Origin: an archaeon
GTDB taxonomy: Archaea; B1Sed10-29; JAJSAI01
Length of the DNA: 26,008 nt
Assembly (NCBI GenBank): GCA_024274695.1
Contig: JAJSAI010000027.1
Location: forward strand, 1 to 26,008
Reading direction: 5' to 3'
The notes below the pieces were generated by a model that worked only from the letters and a program-made list of their open reading frames with translations, was not told where the DNA came from and made no database searches. This document shows positions 7,043 through 13,068 of this stretch, in pieces. The position numbers and the translations under genes are program-made. Every line of letters begins with the position of its first letter. Within the stretch, counting starts at the first letter, position 1.

Positions 7043-8353
7043 ATGCCCGGCAGGAGTTTCTTTTATCGCATGGACAGGCTGATGGACTACGAGCCCGTGC
7101 TTAAGAAGATAAGGCCCTCTGAAGAAGAGGTTAAGAAGACTCAGGAGATTGCCAAGAAGATCATATCCAAGCTGAACAAACTCGGGTACGAGGCAGTGCT
7201 CGTGGGATCAAGGGCCAGGGGAACCTTCCTGGCTAACTCAAGGGACATGGACATATTCTTTTTCTTCCCGCAGAACCTGCCCAGGGAAAAACTTGAAAAA
7301 GAAGGGATAAGCGTCGCCAAAAAGGTTCTCAGGGGGCACAGGGTAAAAGTCCACTACGCGGAACACCCTTACGCTAAGACCGTGATAAAAGGAATAACAG
7401 TGGAGCTTGTTCCCTGTTATAAGGTCAAGGACAAGATAATCTCAGCGGTTGACAGAACCCCCTTGCACAACGAGTTTCTGCTGCATAACCTCAGGCCAAT
7501 GCACAGGGACGAGGTGCTCTTACTGAAACAGTTCCTCAGGAACATTGACGCGTACGGGGCAGAGCACAGGGTGCACGGGTTCTCAGGGTACCTGTGCGAG
7601 CTCCTCATACTTTATTATGACACGTTCGACAACCTCGTGAAGAACGCTGCAGAATGGAAGCACAAGACAGTGATAGACATAAAAGGACACTGCAAGAACC
7701 CTGAAAAGTTCAAGGAGCCCCTGGTGGTCATAGACCCAGTAGACCCTGACAGGAACGTTGCAGCTGCCGTCAGCAGGAAGGTGCTCAGCAGGTTCATACA
7801 GACCTGCAGGGACTTCCTGAAGAAGCCTGGGCCGGACTTTTTCTTCAAGAAGAAAGAGGTGAACGTCAAGAAAGAGGCTTCTGGAAGGAACCTTGTGGGA
7901 ATCGTGTTCAAGTATCCTAAGGAAACCGTGGAGGAAATAGTCTGGGCCCAGCTTGAAAAGCTCGCCAGAATACTCAAGGACGGCATGGAAAGAAAGGGCT
8001 TTGAGGTGCTCGGGTCAAGCTACTGGACCGACGAAAAATCAAAGTGCGCGGTGATACTGGACCTTAACACTACAGAGCTGGGCGCCTGGGAAAAGCACAG
8101 GGGGCCAGAGGTCTGGGACAGGGAAAACTGCGAAAGGTTCATAGAAAAGAACGCGAAGTACTTCTTCCGCAAGAGCAGGGTGTACGCGTGGAGGAAAAGG
8201 GACTGCACCAAGGCAGAAGAGTGCTTGAAGAAGATCATCGAAAGCGAAGAGCTTCCGAGCAGGCTTTCCAAGAACGCTAAGAAAGCGAAGGTGAAGAAAG
8301 GGCTGAACATACCCCGGGAAGCGCTGCAGGAGTACTTCAGGTGGTACGGTTGA
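7043..8353 (+). CDS. cca: CCA-adding enzyme (archaeal class I tRNA nucleotidyltransferase)
   Basis: 436 aa. The N-terminus has the family's typical shape (VLKKIRPSEEEVKKTQEIAKKIISKL). Polymerase-beta nucleotidyltransferase core: LVGSRARGTFLANSRDMDIFFFFP. Also DRTPLHNEFL and GFSGYLCELLILYY. Confidence 0.9.
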   Translation: MPGRSFFYRMDRLMDYEPVLKKIRPSEEEVKKTQEIAKKIISKLNKLGYEAVLVGSRARGTFLANSRDMDIFFFFPQNLPREKLEKEGISVAKKVLRGHRVKVHYAEHPYAKTVIKGITVELVPCYKVKDKIISAVDRTPLHNEFLLHNLRPMHRDEVLLLKQFLRNIDAYGAEHRVHGFSGYLCELLILYYDTFDNLVKNAAEWKHKTVIDIKGHCKNPEKFKEPLVVIDPVDPDRNVAAAVSRKVLSRFIQTCRDFLKKPGPDFFFKKKEVNVKKEASGRNLVGIVFKYPKETVEEIVWAQLEKLARILKDGMERKGFEVLGSSYWTDEKSKCAVILDLNTTELGAWEKHRGPEVWDRENCERFIEKNAKYFFRKSRVYAWRKRDCTKAEECLKKIIESEELPSRLSKNAKKAKVKKGLNIPREALQEYFRWYG

Positions 8354-9195
8354 CGGGCCTGGACACCGTTCTGCGCTCTAAAGAAGTAGAGAAAGCGATC
8401 GCACTCGCCCTCGACTACCTGCAGAAGAGGATGACCAGACAGCTCGCCTCGCACTCTCTAGGACACCTTTACTACACCGCGAAAAAAGCGGTTGAAGAAG
8501 CGGTGAAAGAGGGAGTCAGGGATCCGGAGGTACTGCGGGACATCTTCATCTCGGGAATATACCACGATCTCGTAAGAACAGGGAAGACAGTGAGCGGCGA
8601 GAAGGACGCTGTCGTGTCAGCCAAAAAAGCTGAAAGAATGCTGGAGGGCGTGCTACCAGAAGAAAGGAGGAAGAGGATCTCGAAAATAATAAGAGGAGAC
8701 GCGCCCGAAGCAAGGTACCTGTTCATGGCAGACTATTCTGAGTTCACGCCCTACAGGGCATACTCTTTCGGGTACTACGAGCACCCCATCCTAGGGCCAG
8801 CGGTCCTAGCGCTGCACAAGCTCGAGGGAGAGGACTTCAGGGACTTGTACTGGAAAGAAATGCGCAGAAAAGAAGAAGAGCTGAAAAGAATGGGGGTGGA
8901 CGAGGAGAGGATACGAGAACTGAGAGAAAAAGCCAGGACAAGCGCCTTACAGCTTGAAGAAACCTACAGGAAAAGGTGGGGCGACAGAAAAGGAAGGAAA
9001 ATGGCAGGACAGGCAGGAGTAGCCATTGAAGTCCACAGAATGAAAAAAGCTTTAAAAGAGCTGGGCAGAATGTTCCCAGGACTAAAGACAAGGTTCCCTA
9101 GGATATTCGAAACAGGAGGAACAAGCGTCACAAGAGTCCCGAGAAGACCCGTGTACCGGTACGAGAGAGGAAAACTGAGGAGAAGGAGAGCATGA
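8341..9195 (+). CDS. HD-domain-like phosphohydrolase with coiled-coil and arginine-rich C-terminal tail
   Basis: 284 aa. H...H...HD pattern (HSLGHLYYTAK ... GIYHDLVRTG). The basic tail ends RRPVYRYERGKLRRRRA. The GTG start overlaps the cca 3' end by 13 nt, with an alternative ATG at 8431. The stop overlaps the dys start (ATGA). Confidence 0.5.
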   Translation: MVRLTGLDTVLRSKEVEKAIALALDYLQKRMTRQLASHSLGHLYYTAKKAVEEAVKEGVRDPEVLRDIFISGIYHDLVRTGKTVSGEKDAVVSAKKAERMLEGVLPEERRKRISKIIRGDAPEARYLFMADYSEFTPYRAYSFGYYEHPILGPAVLALHKLEGEDFRDLYWKEMRRKEEELKRMGVDEERIRELREKARTSALQLEETYRKRWGDRKGRKMAGQAGVAIEVHRMKKALKELGRMFPGLKTRFPRIFETGGTSVTRVPRRPVYRYERGKLRRRRA

Positions 9196-10106
9196 AAAAA
9201 GTTGAAGACTATACTATTTCGGGGAACACGAGCCTGTCAGACCTTCTTGAGAACTGGGCTCGTGCAGGAGGTTTCGTGGCCAAAAAACTGGCGGACGCCG
9301 CGGACATCGTCCGGGAGATGACCGAAAGGGATGACTGCTATAACTTCCTGTCCTTCCCGGCGTGCATCATCTCAACAGGCCTTAGGGGAGTCATAGTCCA
9401 GTTGCTTGAGAAGAAAAAGTTTGACGCCGTGGTAACCACCTGCGGGACCCTTGACCACGATATCGCGAGAGCGTATGGGGAGTACTACCACGGGAGCTTC
9501 ATGCTTGACGACGAGGAGGTTAGAGAAAAAGGTTTCTCCAGGCTCGGGAACGTGCTCGTGCCCACCAGCGTTTACGGGGACGAGGTCGAGAAAAGGGTAA
9601 TGCAGTGGCTCCAGGAAATCTACGACGAGGGCAAGAGGGAGCTCGGGACCTACGAGCTCGTGTGGGAGTTCGGGAAAAGAATGCCTGAAAACACGATATG
9701 CCACCAGGCCTGGAAGAACAAGATCCCCGTGTTCATTCCCGGGATAACCGACGGGGCCATAGGCACTCACCTGCTAATGTTCTCTCAGGATCATTCCGAC
9801 TTCAGGGTGAACGTGCTCAGGGACGAGAAGATGCTCTCGGACATCGTGTTCGATCATCCAGTGACAGGAGCGCTCATGATAGGCGGGGGCATCTCAAAGC
9901 ATCACGTGATCTGGTGGAACCAGTTCAAGGACGGCCTGGACTACGCGGTCTACCTGACCAGCGCCCCAGAATGGGACGGGAGCCTGTCAGGAGCCAGGAT
10001 GAGAGAAGCCATAAGCTGGGGGAAGCTCAAGGCCAGGGCAAGGTACGTCACGGTAGAAGGAGACGCGACCGTGAACCTGCCCCTTGTCGTGAGCAGGATA
10101 CTATAG
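9192..10106 (+). CDS. dys: Deoxyhypusine synthase
   Basis: 304 aa. Size and blocks are typical of DHS (ARAGGF, TTCGTLDHDI, IPGITDGAIG, GGGISKHHVI, SWGK). Confidence 0.9.
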   Translation: MKKVEDYTISGNTSLSDLLENWARAGGFVAKKLADAADIVREMTERDDCYNFLSFPACIISTGLRGVIVQLLEKKKFDAVVTTCGTLDHDIARAYGEYYHGSFMLDDEEVREKGFSRLGNVLVPTSVYGDEVEKRVMQWLQEIYDEGKRELGTYELVWEFGKRMPENTICHQAWKNKIPVFIPGITDGAIGTHLLMFSQDHSDFRVNVLRDEKMLSDIVFDHPVTGALMIGGGISKHHVIWWNQFKDGLDYAVYLTSAPEWDGSLSGARMREAISWGKLKARARYVTVEGDATVNLPLVVSRIL

Positions 10107-10120
10107 CAAAAAGGTTCTTT

Positions 10121-10143
10121 TGGCGCCCCCGCCGGGATTCGAA
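10121..10143 (-). repeat. Orphan duplicate of the tRNA-Arg 3' end (T-loop to discriminator, 20 nt identical) followed by an encoded CCA
   Basis: Reverse complement is TTCGAATCCCGGCGGGGGCG-CCA. The same 20 nt end the tRNA at 10209-10228, where no CCA follows. No matching 5' T-stem strand lies upstream. Instead there is a GGGAGA/TCTCCC hairpin at 10146-10167. On the minus strand an oligo-T run follows (10108-10112). Confidence 0.8.
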
Positions 10144-10243
10144 AGGGGAGACACCAAGGTTTCTCCCTCTACCCTCTTCCTTTCCAACATCCTGCATGGA
10201 AAATGAAACGCCCCCGCCGGGATTCGAACCCGGGTTACAGGCT

Positions 10244-10401
10244 GTTCGCGCAGCCCTTTCCTCTCTTTTCCGTGAATGCATCCTACTGGAATACTTGCCC
10301 TTTCTCTTCCACGAACCACTTGCCCTTTCTCTTCCATGAACTACTTGCCCTTTCTCTTTTCCGTGAACGCTTTTCTCTTTCGGGAAAGAGAAAAGGGTTC
10401 T
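10244..10401 (-). other. tRNA intron (158 nt) containing an 11-bp perfect hairpin and tandem repeats
   Basis: The intron starts AGAACC. A hairpin CUUUUCUCUUU-CCCG-AAAGAGAAAAG follows (10370-10395), then repeat units. It ends ...GAAAGGGCUGCGCGAAC. The intron 5' CCCUUU can pair with the 3' AAAGGG. Confidence 0.75.
10293..10370 (-). repeat. Tandem direct repeats (about 25-nt unit, three copies, plus a degenerate fourth at 10254-10279) inside the tRNA intron
   Basis: Plus-strand units: ACTTGCCCTTTCTCTTCCACGAACC (10293-10317), ACTTGCCCTTTCTCTTCCATGAACT (10318-10342), ACTTGCCCTTTCTCTTTTCCGTGAACGC (10343-10370). A related CCCTTTCCTCTCTTTTCCGTGAATGC lies at 10254-10279. Confidence 0.85.
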
Positions 10402-10425
10402 CCGCAAGCCCGCGTCCTGTCCAGG

Positions 10426-10986
10426 CTAGACTACGGGGGCGTCTTTTGAGAGCGCGAACACGGAGTAGTTGAGTATGTCCTGCAGGTGCTGGTCCAGTTC
10501 TTTTATCCTGCCCTGCTTTGCAAGGCTTTTGGCCCGGAGTATTTTCACGAGCACTTGGTCTGTTATGGCCTTTTGGCTCATGTCCTTCCAGGCCTGCCCG
10601 TAGTCGTGTTCTTTTTTGGCCAGCAGTTCTTTTACCCTCGCGGTCACCTTGTTGTAAGCGTCCATTATCCTGTCAGCGTCCGCGTCCGGGACCTCTCCTG
10701 ACCTCATTATTTTCTCGGTGTCAGGCAGGACTTCAGGGTACCAGAGCCTCATAAGCCCCATCACGCAGTAGTTTATTATCCCAAGGTATTCTGATTCAGC
10801 GCTTTCTCCCACCCTGTTTTCTTTTGTTTCCTGCAGGGTTCGGATTCTCTTGGCTTTTATCCAGAGCTGGTCCAGGAGCGATTCCCACCTTAGGATGGTC
10901 CACGCCAGCCCGTAGTCTCCGAGCTTTTTTTTGAAAACGCTCCTGGCCCTGGAGACCACGTTATCATAGTACGAAAGGTCTGGCAT
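10426..10986 (-). CDS. DUF1599-like protein (two tandem repeats; all-alpha, nucleotide-modification-associated / MazG-like family)
   Basis: 186 aa with two copies of the K..DYG.AW...dQ...K..R pattern (KLGDYGLAWTILRWESLLDQLWIKAKRIRTL and KEHDYGQAWKDMSQKAITDQVLVKILRAKSL). The ATG at 10986 lies about 27 nt from TTTAATA (11010-11016, minus strand). The last 15 nt overlap the tRNA 5' end. Confidence 0.6.
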   Translation of the reverse strand: MPDLSYYDNVVSRARSVFKKKLGDYGLAWTILRWESLLDQLWIKAKRIRTLQETKENRVGESAESEYLGIINYCVMGLMRLWYPEVLPDTEKIMRSGEVPDADADRIMDAYNKVTARVKELLAKKEHDYGQAWKDMSQKAITDQVLVKILRAKSLAKQGRIKELDQHLQDILNYSVFALSKDAPVV

Positions 10987-11040
10987 GGGAGAAAGTACGC
11001 GGAAGGTAGTATTAAACCCTTTGGGCAGGGAAACCGTCAG

Positions 11041-11049
11041 TTATAAAAA
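11041..11049 (+). promoter_or_regulatory. TATA box for the Zn-ribbon / aEF-1beta operon
   Basis: TTATAAAAA lies about 40 nt upstream of the ATG at 11086, with SD-like GAGGGTGAT (11074-11082) in between. Confidence 0.55.
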
Positions 11050-11085
11050 CCCCGCGTGGGGAAAACTGCTTCTGAGGGTGATCAA

Positions 11086-11244
11086 ATGGTGCTAAAGTGC
11101 AGCAGTTGCAACAGGGAAGTGTTCGACGACTACATAAAGTTCAAGTGCCCTGCCTGCGGCAAGTTAGAAATAATCAGGTGCGAGAAGTGCAGGGCCATGA
11201 GCGTGAAGTACACGTGCCCAGAGTGCGGTTTTGAGGGCCCGTGA
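11086..11244 (+). CDS. Small Zn-ribbon protein (COG2888-type, conserved partner of aEF-1beta)
   Basis: Four CxxC pairs (CSSC, CPAC, CEKC, CPEC). It lies immediately upstream of the aEF-1beta gene. The ATG at 11086 has a good SD. The GTG at 11056 in the ORF track abuts the TATA box and is unlikely to be transcribed. Confidence 0.75.
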   Translation: MVLKCSSCNREVFDDYIKFKCPACGKLEIIRCEKCRAMSVKYTCPECGFEGP

Positions 11245-11264
11245 CAACAGGAGGATGATCAAGA

Positions 11265-11519
11265 ATGGGAAAAGCGCTTGCTGTTTACAGAGTGTACCCT
11301 GAAGAGGGTGCTGATGTTGACCAGGTGATAGAAGAACTGAAGAAGATAGAGAAGGTGAAGGCCATAGAAAAAGAGCCCATCGCGTTCGGGCTCGTGGCCA
11401 TAAAAGTGGGCCTCCTGCTTGATGACAAGCAGGACGATCCTGAAGAGTGGGAGAAGAAGGTCAGGCAGGCAAAGGGAGTCGGGGAAGTGGAGTCCCTGGA
11501 AGTGAGCCTGATCAGCTGA
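11265..11519 (+). CDS. ef1b: Translation elongation factor aEF-1 beta
   Basis: 84 aa. MGKALAVYRVYPEE...PIAFGLVAIKVGLLLDD...VESLEVSLIS is typical of aEF-1beta. SD GGAGGATGA lies upstream. Confidence 0.9.
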   Translation: MGKALAVYRVYPEEGADVDQVIEELKKIEKVKAIEKEPIAFGLVAIKVGLLLDDKQDDPEEWEKKVRQAKGVGEVESLEVSLIS

Positions 11520-12054
11520 GTCGCCCTTCTTTTCTGAGGGTGCCTTCCTTTCTTTCTTTTTCTCTCTTGAGCGCGCGGCTTATGCGCTCTATTCTCTCGT
11601 GCAGGTACTCTATTTCTTTGAGCAGTTCTTCCCTTTCTTTCCCGCTCAGGGCTGATGCTTCCTCTTCAGCGTCCCACAGCATGGACTGGTACACCGTGAG
11701 TTCTGTCTCAAGCTCTTCTCTTCCTTTTTCCTTGCTGGAAACGAATTCAGAGTTTATTCTTTTGGAGAGGATGTCCTGGACCACACGGTTTTTCAAGGAG
11801 AGTCCCCTGAGCTCCAGGTCAGCCAGCGCATTCTGGAGCTTTTCGTACTTGTACCGCAGGACGTCCAGCCTCTGGCGTATTTCTTCAGCCTTTTCAGGGT
11901 CCCTTGAGAAGAGCTCCTGCTCTTCCTCTGCCTCGAGGATCGCGTTAAGAGTCTTTCTTATTTCTCGTTCTAGTGTTCTTCTGAGCCTGCGTTTTTCCGA
12001 TTTTATCAGGTCTTTTTCCTTCCGGGTTAGTCTTATTCTCAGGACGCGGCTCAT
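11512..12054 (-). CDS. Coiled-coil protein, paralog B (unknown function)
   Basis: 180 aa, highly charged with heptad character. Clear paralogy to the upstream gene (LRIRLTRKEKDLI vs LRINLSREEKNAL; SRDPEKAEE...LADLELRGLSLKNRVVQDILSKRINSEFV vs SRDPKAVRE...LADLELSGLPLEDEVLQDVLSRKIRSVFV). The start has an ATGA overlap and is preceded by GGAGGGAA. Confidence 0.7.
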   Translation of the reverse strand: MSRVLRIRLTRKEKDLIKSEKRRLRRTLEREIRKTLNAILEAEEEQELFSRDPEKAEEIRQRLDVLRYKYEKLQNALADLELRGLSLKNRVVQDILSKRINSEFVSSKEKGREELETELTVYQSMLWDAEEEASALSGKEREELLKEIEYLHERIERISRALKREKERKEGTLRKEGRLS

Positions 12055-12587
12055 GAATTCCCTCCCTTGCGCGAGAGGACGGTTTTTATCAGGGTCCTCT
12101 TTTTCTGGATTTCTTCAAGGGTTTTGGACAGGACTTCTTTGTCCCCTTCGTCGATAGCGTGCGAGAGAAGGGTCTGGACATCATCCTCAAGCTCTTCCAG
12201 TCTCCTGAGCTCCATCCTAAGGAATTCTTCAGCGCCCTCTTTCTGGGGGACAAAAACCGATCTTATCTTTCTGGATAGCACGTCCTGAAGCACTTCGTCC
12301 TCTAGGGGGAGGCCTGACAGCTCCAGGTCCGCGAGAGACCTTGTGACCATAGCGTACTCTTTTTCAAGTTTTTTCTTTTCTTTTGTGAGTTCACGGACTG
12401 CTTTGGGGTCCCTGGACATCTCCTCCATCCTCGCTTCAACTTCTATCAGCTCGTTCAGCAGTTCCCTTGATTTTTCCTCCAGCTCCTCCTTTTTGCGTTC
12501 TAGGGCGTCGCGCAGGGCATTCTTCTCCTCCCTGGACAGATTTATCCTAAGAGTTTTCTTCCTTTTTCCCGCTTTTGTCCGGAGCAT
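12051..12587 (-). CDS. Coiled-coil protein, paralog A (unknown function)
   Basis: 178 aa, paralog of 11512-12054. The start overlaps the Mut7-C gene 3' end by 41 nt. Confidence 0.7.
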   Translation of the reverse strand: MLRTKAGKRKKTLRINLSREEKNALRDALERKKEELEEKSRELLNELIEVEARMEEMSRDPKAVRELTKEKKKLEKEYAMVTRSLADLELSGLPLEDEVLQDVLSRKIRSVFVPQKEGAEEFLRMELRRLEELEDDVQTLLSHAIDEGDKEVLSKTLEEIQKKRTLIKTVLSRKGGNS

Positions 12588-13014
12588 TTTCTTTTACCTC
12601 CAGAACATTTTTTATCCCGTTCCAGTGCCGGCCCTGCCAGTACACTTTCCCGCACCTGGGGCAGGCCCAGAACCTTTGGCTCCTCACCTTTTCCGGCACC
12701 CCAGGGGGGCGGGAGCCCACTTCCTTCAGCCGGGCGTTGCACTCCGGGCACCTTGATTTCTCAGGGAATTCTGGCTCAAGGCTGAACTTTTCCGCCACTT
12801 CTTTGAACTGTTCTGCAGGGTCTCTTGCCTTCACGTAGTACGCGTTTGGCGCTGACCTGGCGAGGGACTTGTCCCTGGTCAGCAGTATTCTTGCTCCTGA
12901 CTCCTGCAGGACCTGCGCGTCTGAAAGGCTCTCGCCAGCGTGCTTGCAGTCGTACCCCGCCATCCTGAGCCACCGGCAGAGCTTGCCCAGCGTCACGTCA
13001 CAGTAGAACTTCAT
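12547..13014 (-). CDS. Mut7-C / DUF82 PIN-like ribonuclease domain protein with C-terminal Zn ribbon
   Basis: 155 aa. MKFYCDVTLGKLCRWLRMAGYDC..., LLTRDKSL, CPECNARL...WACPRCGKVYWQGRHW are characteristic of the family. Confidence 0.8.
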   Translation of the reverse strand: MKFYCDVTLGKLCRWLRMAGYDCKHAGESLSDAQVLQESGARILLTRDKSLARSAPNAYYVKARDPAEQFKEVAEKFSLEPEFPEKSRCPECNARLKEVGSRPPGVPEKVRSQRFWACPRCGKVYWQGRHWNGIKNVLEVKENAPDKSGKKEENS

Positions 13015-13037
13015 GCTCGTTACTGGTAGGGTGCTGG

Positions 13038-13047
13038 ATTAAATAAT
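13038..13047. promoter_or_regulatory. Central A/T box shared by the divergent Mut7-C and rad50 genes
   Basis: ATTAAATAAT is centred 28.5 nt from the ATG at 13014 and 26.5 nt from the GTG at 13069. The spacer is 54 bp. Confidence 0.5.
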
Positions 13048-13068
13048 CGTTTCGGGAGAATATGGATC

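Larger units (their letters stand above)
10209..10440 (-). tRNA. tRNA-Arg(GCG): tRNA-Arg (anticodon GCG) with a 158-nt intron at canonical position 37/38
   Basis: Hand fold. Acceptor GCCCCCG/CGGGGGC. D arm GTCT-AGCCTGGACA-GGAC. Anticodon stem CGGGC/GCCTG with loop UUGCGGA after splicing. 4-nt variable loop. T arm CCGGG-TTCGAAT-CCCGG. Discriminator G. Exon 1 is 10440-10402 and exon 2 is 10243-10209. BHB-like context: UUGC pairs with GCGA as the 4-bp central helix, flanked by 3-nt bulges GG|A and AC|A. Confidence 0.8.

Noticed and set aside
10254-10370. A mini CRISPR array as the explanation for the 25-nt periodic repeats
   Set aside because: The units are directly tandem with no unique spacers, are not palindromic, number only three or four, and lie wholly inside a tRNA intron. 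No cas genes are present in the window.
9698-10407. Arg/Pro-rich ORFs 9698-10339(+), 10048-10407(-), 10101-10337(-) and 10203-10472(+)
   Set aside because: They overlap the deoxyhypusine synthase 3' end and the tRNA/intron locus. Their composition is biased and no motifs are present. The tRNA explains the region better.
11056-11085. The GTG at 11056 as the start of the Zn-ribbon protein
   Set aside because: It lies directly after the TATA box, so it is probably upstream of the TSS. The ATG at 11086 has a well-spaced GAGGGTGAT Shine-Dalgarno sequence.
11447-12157. Long ORFs antisense to real genes, such as 11447-12157(+), 13482-14348(-), 19918-20733(-), 22905-23633(-), 24643-25038(-), 2594-3166(-) and 16524-17177(+)
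   Set aside because: They translate to low-complexity Ser/Leu/Phe/Arg-rich sequence with no recognisable motifs. They are the expected stop-poor mirror of the very purine-rich (GAA/GAG/AAG) coding strands. The opposite strand carries confidently identified genes in every case.
12051-12587. Calling the coiled-coil paralogues bona fide RHH antitoxins of Mut7-C
   Set aside because: Only a short beta-strand/helix-like N-terminal resemblance exists and the second RHH helix is not evident. The gene order (nuclease first) and the 180-aa size are atypical. I kept this as a speculative remark only.
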